A stretch of 64,000 nucleotides of DNA. Source: a virus (lineage: Duplodnaviria; Caudoviricetes). The notes below the pieces were generated by a model. It saw only the letters and a list, made by a program, of their open reading frames with translations. It searched no databases and was not told where the DNA came from. Below are positions 28,842-39,508 of this stretch, piece after piece. The translations under genes were made by a program, and so were the position numbers. The stretch lies in the IMG/VR virus record IMGVR_UViG_3300035501_000922; one strand, written 5' to 3'. Within the stretch, counting starts at the first letter, position 1; each line of letters begins with the position of its first letter.

Positions 28842-29774
28842 TTACTTAATAGCATTATAAAGTTTAGCAATAAACTTTTCACCAGCAATGCCATTTTCTT
28901 TATATCCCCATTTAGCAAGAAGAGCATTTACTGCTTTCTCTGTTGCACTACCAAATGTAGCAGTGTCATCAACAGTTACAGAAATCAGTTTCTTAGCCTT
29001 AGCTATAAGAAGTAACTTCTTAAGAGCTAATACACCATTATCTTTGCTACCTTTTTTAAATCCAGTAGTATCCAATGTTGTCTTAGCAGTCGCTGTAGTA
29101 GTTTTTGTTGTAGTGGTTGCTGTTGTGGTTTTTGTCGTTGTAGTAGTCGTAGTAGTTTTTGTATAACCATTTAATCCGGCATTCTTAATAATCGTAGGAT
29201 AATCTGTAGTTGTTTTATCAAGATCAACACTACCTGTACATCCACTAACTTTACCTGTAAATGAATACTGGTGAATACCATAATCAATGCTAGGTGTTTT
29301 AGTTGTATTAGCACACCAAACATTATATTTCTTACGAACAGTAGAAGATATCTTACTATTTAAGAATGATTCATAGCTATATAATGCAATATAGTAACCA
29401 GCAGACTCAACGGTTGACATAAATGTCGTAACAATTGAATCTATTGTGGTCTTATTGAGTGAATTCTGTGTTGAATCCTCAATATCAAATGCTAAAGGCA
29501 TATCAAACTTCTTGCCCTTGATTACACTAAGGAACGCCTGAGCTTCAAGCTTTGCTTCAGCAGAAGTCTTTGCATAACTATACCAATATGCACCAACATG
29601 CAAACCAGCAGCTACAGCATTTTTATAGTTTGTTTCAAACTTAGAATCTTTCTGGGATGTGGACTTACCATAACCAGCACGTATCATAACGAAAGATTTC
29701 TCTTTCTTAACACTGGTCATATTTACGGTACCATTATGTACTGAAACATCAATACCAAAATATGTTGTTGCCAT
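28842..29774 (-). CDS. Endolysin: GH25 muramidase, Thr-rich linker, C-terminal peptidoglycan-binding-like domain
   Basis: GIDVS, GAYWY, AFDIED, QYSFTG and VDLD GH25 motifs. Confidence 0.92.
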   Translation of the reverse strand: MATTYFGIDVSVHNGTVNMTSVKKEKSFVMIRAGYGKSTSQKDSKFETNYKNAVAAGLHVGAYWYSYAKTSAEAKLEAQAFLSVIKGKKFDMPLAFDIEDSTQNSLNKTTIDSIVTTFMSTVESAGYYIALYSYESFLNSKISSTVRKKYNVWCANTTKTPSIDYGIHQYSFTGKVSGCTGSVDLDKTTTDYPTIIKNAGLNGYTKTTTTTTTTKTTTATTTTKTTTATAKTTLDTTGFKKGSKDNGVLALKKLLLIAKAKKLISVTVDDTATFGSATEKAVNALLAKWGYKENGIAGEKFIAKLYNAIK

Positions 29775-29777
29775 AAA

Positions 29778-29957
29778 TTAACCCTCCATTTCCTTGTAAT
29801 AACTTACAACCCTCTTAATTTCATCAGCATTAGATTTCTGAATCTCAGATGCTTCCGAAACAGGAATGGTATAAACGGTACTAACTTCTTCAGAAGTTGC
29901 ACCATGAGCGAATGATTTGATGATTTCTCTCAGTGTTTCATTACCAATAGAACTCAT
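29778..29957 (-). CDS. Small protein directly upstream of the lysin
   Basis: RBS aggag; late promoter at 29983-29994. Confidence 0.65.
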   Translation of the reverse strand: MSSIGNETLREIIKSFAHGATSEEVSTVYTIPVSEASEIQKSNADEIKRVVSYYKEMEG

Positions 29958-29982
29958 TGTATACACTCCTTTCATAGTTGAT

Positions 29983-29994
29983 TATTTCTATGTT
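29983..29994 (-). promoter_or_regulatory. Late-type promoter AACA-N6-TA
   Basis: aaca-tagaaa-ta. Confidence 0.7.
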
Positions 29995-30041
29995 TTAATA
30001 TAAAAATATAGGATGTAACTTTTTAGTTACATCCTATATCG

Positions 30042-30311
30042 TCATCTGAATTTAATTCTGATGTAAATCCCTCTACATGTCTGATATGTATCAATCAATA
30101 CATCCTTAACATTGTCTGGTACATCAAGTTCATTGGCAATTATATTATTAATCTGTGATAGATTATTAGTCTTTACTAGTAGTTCACCGTTGTTTTCGCT
30201 CTGTCGAATCTCATAGCCGTTATCGGTTAATAAAGAAATTATCATATCCATGATATTATCTTTATACTTTTTACATTCAACAAGTGCTGATATTATTTTA
30301 CCGTCGCTCAT
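30042..30311 (-). CDS. Hypothetical protein (early)
   Basis: RBS gagggg; early motif variant at 30332-30343; terminator at ~30008-30038. Confidence 0.65.
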   Translation of the reverse strand: MSDGKIISALVECKKYKDNIMDMIISLLTDNGYEIRQSENNGELLVKTNNLSQINNIIANELDVPDNVKDVLIDTYQTCRGIYIRIKFR

Positions 30312-30395
30312 AATTTCCCCTCACTTTCTGTAATAATATATTTAAAATAGAGTTATAAATAATATAGAAATAAAGTCTGGTAATTATTCATAAAA

Positions 30396-30407
30396 AACAA
30401 GTTTATA
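30396..30407 (+). promoter_or_regulatory. Late-type promoter AACA-N6-TA
   Basis: aaca-agttta-ta upstream of 30429. Confidence 0.7.
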
Positions 30408-30428
30408 ATACGATAAAGAGGTGATATA

Positions 30429-31712
30429 ATGGAAGAATTAACCTTCGAACAATTTGAAATGGATTTATTTGAATCTGAATCTATATTCAATAAAAGTATA
30501 TGTGATACAGAGTTATATGCATATACTGAGTCAGTAAAAGATATTACTGCTAAAATAAAATCAGTTATTTCAAAATTTGTAAATGCATTACATGCATATA
30601 CGGAAAATGTAAAAAGAATAATTGAATTATATAAAACAAAACGAGGTGTAGAGAGAAATCTTAAGGTTATCGAACGTGCTATTAAAAAATGCCCAGAAAT
30701 TTCAAAAGAAAAAATACATTATAGAATATTTTATGGATCTAAAGATGATGTTGATTACTATTCTAAAATCACTAATAACTTAGCATATAGAATAGAGAAT
30801 CTTGACAGTGAATGGATAACAACTATAATAGATAATTACTATAAAAATATAGATTGTACTGATGAGAATCTTAAGGATATATCTATTCAAGCTGCTCTTA
30901 AAAACACAGAAGCAGTAATAGAAGGTATTGAAGAAGAAATTAATGAAACTTATAAATGTATTAGGCATGTTTCTAGTGCTATTGAAAAAAGTAAGAATCT
31001 TAATAATAAACATGCAAGTTTATTTAAGAAAGCAGTACAATCGATACAAAAAGGTATTCAAAGAAAAGTTTATATGATATTCTTGAATATAGAATATCTG
31101 TTTAGTTGTATTCATTCAAGAGTAGTAGACCTTGTTAAAAAGGATTCTAAAGAGTATGTTATTAAACGGATAAGTAGAGAAAACACTGCAATTAAACATT
31201 CTAAAAAAATAGATACCGTGGAGATTTTGGGATATAAAATAGAACTGTATGAAACTGACAGGTATATTCAGTCCGAGTTTGTAACGGGGTCTAACAATAA
31301 CCCGAAAATATATTTAGGTAAAAGATTTAAAGAGCTACCCAGACCTCATCAACTTGCAACATTGTATCATGAATTTGGTCATGTTATAAATGGACACCTC
31401 GGTGCTAATCTATATAGGAATGAGTACAAACTCAGTAAAACTATTAAACGTCGAGCACGAAAATACTTGAATGTAATGAATGCTCCAATGACTGATGAGA
31501 ATAAAAAGATATTATCAGATGATGATGTGTTAGTATACTTATTGATAGAATTAGAAGCTGATGAATTTGCATCTAAAGTTGTCGGAAAACGTGTTATGAA
31601 AAAAACACTTGAAAAGGACTATAAACAATTGGTACGAGATGCAAAACGTGTAAGTGACGAAGCAAAAGCTGGTACATTACTTGCGGGTAAAGCAAGAACG
31701 AAAATGTTATAA
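30429..31712 (+). CDS. Head-protein-family N-terminus fused to a zincin metallopeptidase
   Basis: FESES/YTES leader; LYHEFGH (HExxH) and downstream ELEADEFA third-ligand motif. Confidence 0.7.
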   Translation: MEELTFEQFEMDLFESESIFNKSICDTELYAYTESVKDITAKIKSVISKFVNALHAYTENVKRIIELYKTKRGVERNLKVIERAIKKCPEISKEKIHYRIFYGSKDDVDYYSKITNNLAYRIENLDSEWITTIIDNYYKNIDCTDENLKDISIQAALKNTEAVIEGIEEEINETYKCIRHVSSAIEKSKNLNNKHASLFKKAVQSIQKGIQRKVYMIFLNIEYLFSCIHSRVVDLVKKDSKEYVIKRISRENTAIKHSKKIDTVEILGYKIELYETDRYIQSEFVTGSNNNPKIYLGKRFKELPRPHQLATLYHEFGHVINGHLGANLYRNEYKLSKTIKRRARKYLNVMNAPMTDENKKILSDDDVLVYLLIELEADEFASKVVGKRVMKKTLEKDYKQLVRDAKRVSDEAKAGTLLAGKARTKML

Positions 31713-31770
31713 AAAAAGATGGTACAGTAATCTGTACCATCTTTTATTGTTTATCTGCGCAAATAAACAA

Positions 31771-32007
31771 TCAAAGTTTAAGCTTAGCTCTTTCCTTGTT
31801 CTTCTTTTTCTTCTTCTTGAATTTCTGCTTAGCTTTCTCTGCTTTTCGTTTTTCATTCGGTGACATTGTTTCACCACTGATTGCATCAGGTAAACTTCTT
31901 GCAGTTCCATCATTATAGGTGCCGAGTGTGAATGACTTAAATTCCTCAGAACCACATAATTTAGTAGCAACTGCAACTGCGGTCTCAATTATAACTTCCT
32001 TTGACAT
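31771..32007 (-). CDS. Small basic hypothetical protein (early)
   Basis: RBS aggagg; Lys-rich tail; early motif variant at 32030-32041. Confidence 0.6.
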   Translation of the reverse strand: MSKEVIIETAVAVATKLCGSEEFKSFTLGTYNDGTARSLPDAISGETMSPNEKRKAEKAKQKFKKKKKKNKERAKLKL

Positions 32008-32065
32008 TGCAAAGACCTCCTTCCGTATTAATAATGTATAATCATTACTAAAAAGACCATTAAAA

Positions 32066-32077
32066 AACAATTCTATA
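32066..32077 (+). promoter_or_regulatory. Late-type promoter AACA-N6-TA
   Basis: aaca-attcta-ta upstream of 32106. Confidence 0.7.
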
Positions 32078-32105
32078 ATGTATTTCCTTGGAAAGGAGGA
32101 TACTA

Positions 32106-33272
32106 ATGGCTAAAAAAGTAATGTATATTAAAAATGGGTCATCAGCATCCATGAACTCTAAAGCAACTGAAACTACATTAGACTTTGAGACAGCTTCAAC
32201 CAAAGATTATTTAAAAACGACCCAAGATATTAATAAACCTGGTCAAATATCGAATGAATCTATACTGAGAAAAGTAGATGGTTCTACGAGTTCTCAGGTA
32301 GATGAAGATACAATAAATAAACTACACAGATCATTGAGTATATATGATAGACGTGATAAAAAAGCATCATGGTTATGGAGAAGATATACTGATAAATATA
32401 ATAGATTTAAATTACCTACAGCGGATGATGCATTATCTAGGGGATTCGGACATGTTTTTTTTGTTAAACCATCATGCAATATTTTAAAAAGTGAATCGAG
32501 TCTTGTTGATGACCTCTCGGGAAATCAAAAATTTGTGTATGCATTTAAAAATTGTCCAACACTTTTAAATGAATTAAGTAATGTTTCGGGTGGGCATTCA
32601 TTTATGTTATCATTGTCTAATAAGGTAACCGGTTTTAGTTTAAACGAAGAGTATATCTCTGAAGTTACACATGGTAAAACTTACACTGGATATCAAATAG
32701 CATATGGAAAAAATAACATTGAGTCTATGACCGTAAACAACTTATCATTGGAATTTAGTGATGATAAATTTTTACATATATATCAACTCCATAAATTATG
32801 GTTAGAATATATTAGTGGTGTTTACCGAGGTACAATAAATCCGACAGACTATAATGTAATTAATAAAATTTTAGATTATGCAGGAGCTTGTTATTATATA
32901 TTAACTGCTGAAGATGGAGAAAGCATTATTTATTGGGAAAAATACTATGGATTATTCCCCACAAACATAGATACTAGCGGACTCGCATGGTCAGCAGGTC
33001 AAGCTGTTTCATTCCCTAAATTTTCAGTCACATATAGATATTCATTTAGAAGCATGTATGACCCTTATTTATTTACAGAATTTAATCATAATTCTAATGT
33101 ACAAGGCGGGTATAGTTCTTATATCCCAACATTTGATAAAACGGCTCTGCATACAGGTCAATCGTTTGTAGGTGCTCCATATATTGAACTTGACACTGGT
33201 GAATTGGGTGATATGAATAACTACACATACAAATTAAGATTTAAAGAATGCTGGGATGCATATGACCAATAA
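32106..33272 (+). CDS. Putative baseplate/tail-tube-like structural protein
   Basis: Late promoter; directly upstream of the wedge-like gene; beta-rich sequence (HVFFVKP, YYGLFPTNI, FSVTYRY). Confidence 0.5.
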   Translation: MAKKVMYIKNGSSASMNSKATETTLDFETASTKDYLKTTQDINKPGQISNESILRKVDGSTSSQVDEDTINKLHRSLSIYDRRDKKASWLWRRYTDKYNRFKLPTADDALSRGFGHVFFVKPSCNILKSESSLVDDLSGNQKFVYAFKNCPTLLNELSNVSGGHSFMLSLSNKVTGFSLNEEYISEVTHGKTYTGYQIAYGKNNIESMTVNNLSLEFSDDKFLHIYQLHKLWLEYISGVYRGTINPTDYNVINKILDYAGACYYILTAEDGESIIYWEKYYGLFPTNIDTSGLAWSAGQAVSFPKFSVTYRYSFRSMYDPYLFTEFNHNSNVQGGYSSYIPTFDKTALHTGQSFVGAPYIELDTGELGDMNNYTYKLRFKECWDAYDQ

Positions 33273-33280
33273 GAAAGGGG

Positions 33281-36200
33281 TTGACAGACTTGGCTAGTAA
33301 TGATACAACAATCGACAGAAGTTATGTTGATAACTTTTCCGTCAAAGAGTTTACAAAAGAAAACTTAATTGATAAGTATTTTCCGGATATTGATGTTTCT
33401 TTAAGAACGGTCGGAATGGTTGGTTTTACAACAGAACAAGTGTCCAATATATCAGAGGATATTTTCAATACAGCGACAGTTTTATTTAGAGAAACATTTC
33501 CTAATAGAGCACAAATACCTGAGAGTATATATTCACATGCAGCCATTTTTCAGTTATCTAACGTATTTTCTTCCGCAGCATCTTGTAAGTTCTTATTAGT
33601 GCTTGAAGAAGACGCTATAATTGAAAATATGGCTGATAGTTTTGATAAAGACACAGGAATATATACATTTTATATTGATAAAAATACAATAATAAATGTA
33701 GAAGATATGCCATATATTTTAGATTATGACATTGAACTTCGCATTGTTAGAAAGAAAAATAAAGATAACACCGATGACTATATATTCGCAGCATCATATG
33801 TTATTCCCGATAATTTTAAAAATACACTAGCTGATGATAATACTAATAGCGACCCATATATTAAGATTAAGCGTTCTGCTGATGGCTATATTGCATTAGA
33901 GATAATCTGTCATCAGTGTACACGTTCAGTTGTATATGAGGATATCATTAGCAGTGGTACAATCAATTATCCTGTTATTGATGTACCATTTGAAGGTAAC
34001 TTAGCAGGATTTGATATACGATACAAAACATCTACTGATACAGATGATGATTATAAACAATTAAAAACATTGGTAGTGTATTCTCAACCCATAGAGGAAA
34101 AATTCTGCTATTATCAAATGGCTGATGAGAATACATTAAGAATTACATTCAACACAAAGGATGAATATTTTACTCCAGATTATGGTAGTACATTAGAGAT
34201 TACTCTTTATACTACACTCGGTGAAGATGGTAACTTTGATGTATATACAGGTACTGATATTTCAGTTACATCTAGTGATGAGAACTATCAGTACAGTACA
34301 CCGTACATAACAGCAGCTAAGCCGATGACATCATCGAGTGGTGGTTCTGAGCAAATGAGCATGGATGGACTACAGTCATTAGCTGTAATGAGTTATCGTA
34401 CTGCTACAGCATTAACAACTGATGCTGACTTGTCTGAATATTTCTCAAATTACAAATACCTATATGGTAACAGTGATATCATGTTCATTAAGAAACGTAA
34501 TGATATATATGAGAGAATATATTCAGCATTCATTATAATGAAGAATGAAAATTATATATATAACACAAACACACTTAGTTTAGCATTAAACTTAAGTGAT
34601 ATGGAAAATCCTGAAACTAGCATATACATGATTCATCCCGGAACTCTTTTTACTGCTTCCAGTACAGATTATGGTTATGCTGATTTCTTCAGAGATACAG
34701 AATTAACTGCGCAAAATACATCATGGTACAATGAGTATTTAAAAGCAGTTGAAAAAGGTGAAGTACTATTTGTGGATGACAGTGTTGACCATAATGACTT
34801 ACCTGATTATCTTAAAGATAGAAGAGCATCATTTGCTGAATACAAGAAACGAAAAGGATATGATGATAAAGTATTCGTGTTTGATTACGATACACCAACT
34901 AAGGAGCGAATTCTAAGAAATTATGATGATCCACATCATGAAGCTAATAATCACTTCTTATATATTAATCCATTTTTGATAAGATTTAAAAAGAATCCAA
35001 ACTTAGTAAGTATGTACATGACATATATCAATCAAGCATCCACCTTAGATTTTTCGTATAAATATGATGATTCATATGTGCAATTCATACTGTATCAATT
35101 GAAAGTTAAGAGAGAATTCTCAAAAGAAAAGAAATACACTTTAAGTGTACAGTTAATGCCTAGTACAAGCATCAGTGAGGACTACCCTATTATTAATAGT
35201 TCAATTACTACAGTCGATGGATATGAAGAAGTTGATTATGTATTAAATGATAAATATAATACATTCAATAACGACCTTAGAGTTTTCGTTGTTATAAATG
35301 ACGGAGTTAAGGATGTTTGTTACATAGAGATGTATCCTACTGATTATGATATAGAAAATGAGAACTTTACATTTACTGCAGAATTCTTTACTGATGACCA
35401 TATCACAACAGATGGAAGACTGAGAGTATTATCTGGTACGATTTATAAACCTACGAAATATGAAAAGTGCTTATCAACATCAGTTCATGCTCTTCGTGTT
35501 GTTGATGATTCTACACCAAGTGATGAATTTGATTCAAAAACTATGATTAAAATATCGGATGTAATATCTGATATACCGGATATTAAAGTTGGTACTGAAG
35601 AAGATAAATATGAATACGCACAAATAGCACTTGCAAATGATTATTACCAAGTAAGTGATGATGATTATACTATTTATCATCATTATGATGCTAATGGTGT
35701 AATTGAAAAAGATATTAACAATGATATCGTTGAATATCCTGTTGATTACATAACTCAGGAAGTTAATGCTGGTAATTTAAGAAGATGGTGCCAAGTTGTA
35801 AATATGACAAGTAGTAGTGAAATACTCATACCTATGACAGATGTTAAGTGCTTAGTATACACAACATATCGTCGTAAATATGACCCTGATACTTTAAAAC
35901 TGGAAGTTATTGACCCTGATAATGATGCTCTCTATGACGATGAAAAAGATAGGGATGTAAGAGTTATCAATAATATATGCCCTGATAAGAGCTTGGGTGC
36001 TAATTCATATGATACGACGCTTGATAGTTATTTCATAACGAATGAGTATCAATCAGCGAGTGACCCAATAACATTTTTAAAACCATTGAATAATGTGAGG
36101 TCAAATCTCATATTTAAAGATTATACATTAACAGAAAACTATACTGATGATAATGGTAATGAAAGCTTTAGATATGTATATGATATACTTGATGCTGAGA

Positions 36201-36760
36201 TATCATCAATACCATTTATTAGATGGTCAACTGCGTTAGATGAAGATAGTTTATCATATTTCATGAATAGCTTTTTAGCACAATATAATAATTTAATAGA
36301 CATCATTAATACTAAACTGAGGAATGAAACATCCATAGATGTTAAGTTTTATAATACTTATGGACGGAGTAAAAACTTTATTATCGGTGAAGAAGATGAG
36401 AGAATGGATACAGTTAATCTTTCATTATCATTTGATGTTTGGTTTACTCCGGGAACAGACCTCATTAGTGTTGTACCTGATGTTAAAGAATATATTAAAA
36501 CTGAGATTGAGACAATTAATTCTGATGGTTTGAATAATCTGTATATTTCTAACTTAATGAGAAAAATTGAGTTACAGTTTGTTTATGTAGATCATATTCG
36601 TTTTAATTACATTAATGAATACGACCCAAAATATCAGGCTGTTAAGAATTACGTTACAGATTTATCAGAGTTAACTGTAAGTGAAAGACGAGATTATGTA
36701 CCTGAGTTTTTAGTAGTAGATACTGAAGATATTACTATTAACGAGTATTTCTCATCTTGA
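33281..36760 (+). CDS. Putative baseplate wedge protein
   Basis: 1159 aa; RAQIPESIYSHA, ITLYTTLGEDGN and SSGG...TTDADL motifs resemble T4 gp6-like wedge proteins. Confidence 0.65.
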   Translation: MTDLASNDTTIDRSYVDNFSVKEFTKENLIDKYFPDIDVSLRTVGMVGFTTEQVSNISEDIFNTATVLFRETFPNRAQIPESIYSHAAIFQLSNVFSSAASCKFLLVLEEDAIIENMADSFDKDTGIYTFYIDKNTIINVEDMPYILDYDIELRIVRKKNKDNTDDYIFAASYVIPDNFKNTLADDNTNSDPYIKIKRSADGYIALEIICHQCTRSVVYEDIISSGTINYPVIDVPFEGNLAGFDIRYKTSTDTDDDYKQLKTLVVYSQPIEEKFCYYQMADENTLRITFNTKDEYFTPDYGSTLEITLYTTLGEDGNFDVYTGTDISVTSSDENYQYSTPYITAAKPMTSSSGGSEQMSMDGLQSLAVMSYRTATALTTDADLSEYFSNYKYLYGNSDIMFIKKRNDIYERIYSAFIIMKNENYIYNTNTLSLALNLSDMENPETSIYMIHPGTLFTASSTDYGYADFFRDTELTAQNTSWYNEYLKAVEKGEVLFVDDSVDHNDLPDYLKDRRASFAEYKKRKGYDDKVFVFDYDTPTKERILRNYDDPHHEANNHFLYINPFLIRFKKNPNLVSMYMTYINQASTLDFSYKYDDSYVQFILYQLKVKREFSKEKKYTLSVQLMPSTSISEDYPIINSSITTVDGYEEVDYVLNDKYNTFNNDLRVFVVINDGVKDVCYIEMYPTDYDIENENFTFTAEFFTDDHITTDGRLRVLSGTIYKPTKYEKCLSTSVHALRVVDDSTPSDEFDSKTMIKISDVISDIPDIKVGTEEDKYEYAQIALANDYYQVSDDDYTIYHHYDANGVIEKDINNDIVEYPVDYITQEVNAGNLRRWCQVVNMTSSSEILIPMTDVKCLVYTTYRRKYDPDTLKLEVIDPDNDALYDDEKDRDVRVINNICPDKSLGANSYDTTLDSYFITNEYQSASDPITFLKPLNNVRSNLIFKDYTLTENYTDDNGNESFRYVYDILDAEISSIPFIRWSTALDEDSLSYFMNSFLAQYNNLIDIINTKLRNETSIDVKFYNTYGRSKNFIIGEEDERMDTVNLSLSFDVWFTPGTDLISVVPDVKEYIKTEIETINSDGLNNLYISNLMRKIELQFVYVDHIRFNYINEYDPKYQAVKNYVTDLSELTVSERRDYVPEFLVVDTEDITINEYFSS

Positions 36761-36761
36761 A

Positions 36762-36773
36762 AACAATAACATA
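36762..36773 (+). promoter_or_regulatory. Late-type promoter AACA-N6-TA
   Basis: aaca-ataaca-ta upstream of 36805. Confidence 0.7.
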
Positions 36774-36804
36774 AAAATGAATAATATAAAGGAGTGAATA
36801 TATA

Positions 36805-37761
36805 GTGGAAACTTTTGCTGACAGAGAAAAGAGAGTTATTAACTTCATGGATGAAGTTAAAGCCACAAAAGACCAGGAAGCTCAAGATGAGGCTTTCAAG
36901 AAAACGGATGATTATAAGCTAAAATGTTTGAATAGAAATCAAGATGACGCTAAGGGTGTTTGTCTTGATATGGTATTTTCAAAAATCTATAAAGACGCTT
37001 TACCTCTTAATAATGACTACAAAGTTGCCCATGGTGAAGACCTTGATGCTGAAATGAAGGATTTTATTCAGGATCGTTGCCCTAAAGGTATGGCATACTA
37101 TGTACGTGAGGGAATTAAGAAAGGTAGTAAGCCTGCTAAAAAGATTATGGATGAAACCAATAAGATTGTAGAGGATGATTACAATCAGAAGGCCATGAAC
37201 CTTGAAGATTATAATGCAGATGATATGGTTTTCCGTATGACTGGTGATAATCAAAAGAAGATTGATGTTATGAATAGTAATCTTAATCTTGATGGAATTT
37301 CTGATGTTATCCGTGATAATGTTAAGTCCTCAGCTATATCTGAAATTAAAAGAGCTAAAGAAGAGAAAGATAGTATCAAGCAGTTTGAATCAGAACTTGC
37401 AAATGATATGAATGTTACTGATGAATCTGCTATTGATAATGCTCTTGAACTTTACGGTTTTACAGAGAAGAGAGATTTCCAACCTACGTTATTCCAAGGA
37501 ATTATGATAGGTAAAATGAATCAACTGCAAAAGATGCAGGAATCTGGTAATCTTGAGCCTGAGTATATTTATGATACATTGGCTGAATATGGATTACCTG
37601 AGCCTACTACTGAAGGTACCCATTATGCTACTATTGGGGAGCTTGCTTTTGTAGAATCTGTTAAGGAATATACAAAGCTTAATATTCTTAAAGCTTTAAA
37701 ACTTGAAAAATTTGATATAAATAGTGTGAACGAACTGGCAAATAATTATGCGTCTAAATAA
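36805..37761 (+). CDS. Hypothetical (probable virion) protein
   Basis: RBS aggag, GTG start, late promoter, terminator at ~37765-37801. Confidence 0.65.
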   Translation: METFADREKRVINFMDEVKATKDQEAQDEAFKKTDDYKLKCLNRNQDDAKGVCLDMVFSKIYKDALPLNNDYKVAHGEDLDAEMKDFIQDRCPKGMAYYVREGIKKGSKPAKKIMDETNKIVEDDYNQKAMNLEDYNADDMVFRMTGDNQKKIDVMNSNLNLDGISDVIRDNVKSSAISEIKRAKEEKDSIKQFESELANDMNVTDESAIDNALELYGFTEKRDFQPTLFQGIMIGKMNQLQKMQESGNLEPEYIYDTLAEYGLPEPTTEGTHYATIGELAFVESVKEYTKLNILKALKLEKFDINSVNELANNYASK

Positions 37762-37826
37762 TTTAAAAGATGAGTATGTATTTTTACATACTCATCTTTT
37801 TAGGTCTACTGCAAGTCAATCAAGAG

Positions 37827-37838
37827 AACAATGTCATA
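37827..37838 (+). promoter_or_regulatory. Late-type promoter AACA-N6-TA
   Basis: aaca-atgtca-ta upstream of 37884. Confidence 0.65.
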
Positions 37839-37883
37839 AGTTTAGCAATTATTTATAAAAATATTATAGAAAGGAAGATTAAT

Positions 37884-39488
37884 ATGGAACGTCAAGTTAT
37901 ACATGACCATGTCCAGCTAAGTTCGTTACAGGGTAAACAGATTAAAAATGTTATATATCCTGAAAATACAGCGCAGGATGTTATATTAAATACAGAAAAT
38001 AATGCTAATGTTGATGCATGGGAGACCCTTCAAGATATTATTGATAATATAGGTATACTCGCATTTTATGATACAATTATTGATGACGGTAATAATGATG
38101 AAGGCACATATCAAAAATGTACTGCAACTGATGATGGGGCATTACTTGTAGTAAGTAATGATATATCAGATAGTGATTTTAATAGCAATACTCAGATTAA
38201 ATTGGAAGACATCTCTAAATATGTTGAAGATGCAAAAATAGGTGAATACTATAAAATTATCACTCTTCCTAATAATTTAACTTGGAGTTCATTAAAAATA
38301 AATAATAAAATGGTTGAGATCATGAATGAAATGAGTGAAGAACTCAAAAATAGTATTGATCAACTCAACGATAGTATTGATTCAACAAATACAAATATAA
38401 CCACAACTATTAATAATAATATGAGTGTAATTGATAATACTTTAAGTGATCTTGACACTAGGACATCAAAGATTGAAAAATATATAAAAAGAATTGTTAC
38501 TAAACTATACAGTGCAGTTCTTACAGGCGATCCGGGAAAAAGTAGAAACACAAAGGATAGATCTGTTCAGTATTTTACAATAAATGGTGTGATATCTAAT
38601 TATTTGGATTTATATTTAATAGATGATGGACGCCAGTATATTTATTGTGGGGATATAGCATCAAATGAACATTGTAATGAACATTTATTAATTACCCAAT
38701 CATATGAGAAATGTGAAAGTGGTGATGATGGTGCGATGAAAGTAATAGATTCCGACAGCGACCTACCAACCGAAGATACAATGCCATTATGGTTTGTAGA
38801 GGGTGATGTGTCAGATATTAAAGTTGGGGAGTATGTCAGAGAGATGACTGGTAGTACACCTGATAATTCACTAATTGAAACCTATCAAAAAGATACAGAA
38901 AATACTAAGGGCTCGTTACTTGTAGTTGATAACAGTGTGTCCGATGACGAATTTGATAGTGAAACACAAATTAAATTATCTGATATTACCAGTTATGTTG
39001 AAAATGCAAAAATAGGTGAATACTATCTTAAGGGTATATACAAGACAATTTCATATAAAACCGCTAGATATGATATACCATTCGGTATAATTTATACTGG
39101 AAAATATGTTTCACCATTAAATTATTCGTCTGATATATTTATCTATAAGTCTGAAATAATTAATGCCAGTAATCTTGGTGTTGTAGATATCTATACTGGA
39201 AGGAATGGCTATACATATTATATAAGCATTGCTAATGAAGCGGTAAGAGTATGTTTAGATGAAGATAATGATTATCATATAGACCTTGGTGCAAATAATG
39301 TTATAATCGACAAAAGTACAAATAATGGTGATGAATTAATTAATATTGATAGTGAGAAAACTATTATTAATAACACATTGAATATACCTACAACACTCAG
39401 GTATGGTCCATACAAAGCATCAAATAAAGAACATCAATTTGATTTTGTTTATGAAGATGATGGGACATTGTCTATTATCGGAATATAA
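37884..39488 (+). CDS. Putative tail-fibre/baseplate-associated protein with three copies of an acidic ~48-aa module
   Basis: RBS gaaagga; IYPENTAQDV N-terminal motif; coiled coil; repeated YQKC...GALLVV...KIGEYY. Confidence 0.55.
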   Translation: MERQVIHDHVQLSSLQGKQIKNVIYPENTAQDVILNTENNANVDAWETLQDIIDNIGILAFYDTIIDDGNNDEGTYQKCTATDDGALLVVSNDISDSDFNSNTQIKLEDISKYVEDAKIGEYYKIITLPNNLTWSSLKINNKMVEIMNEMSEELKNSIDQLNDSIDSTNTNITTTINNNMSVIDNTLSDLDTRTSKIEKYIKRIVTKLYSAVLTGDPGKSRNTKDRSVQYFTINGVISNYLDLYLIDDGRQYIYCGDIASNEHCNEHLLITQSYEKCESGDDGAMKVIDSDSDLPTEDTMPLWFVEGDVSDIKVGEYVREMTGSTPDNSLIETYQKDTENTKGSLLVVDNSVSDDEFDSETQIKLSDITSYVENAKIGEYYLKGIYKTISYKTARYDIPFGIIYTGKYVSPLNYSSDIFIYKSEIINASNLGVVDIYTGRNGYTYYISIANEAVRVCLDEDNDYHIDLGANNVIIDKSTNNGDELINIDSEKTIINNTLNIPTTLRYGPYKASNKEHQFDFVYEDDGTLSIIGI

Positions 39489-39508
39489 TATTAAGGAGAT
39501 GAATACAA

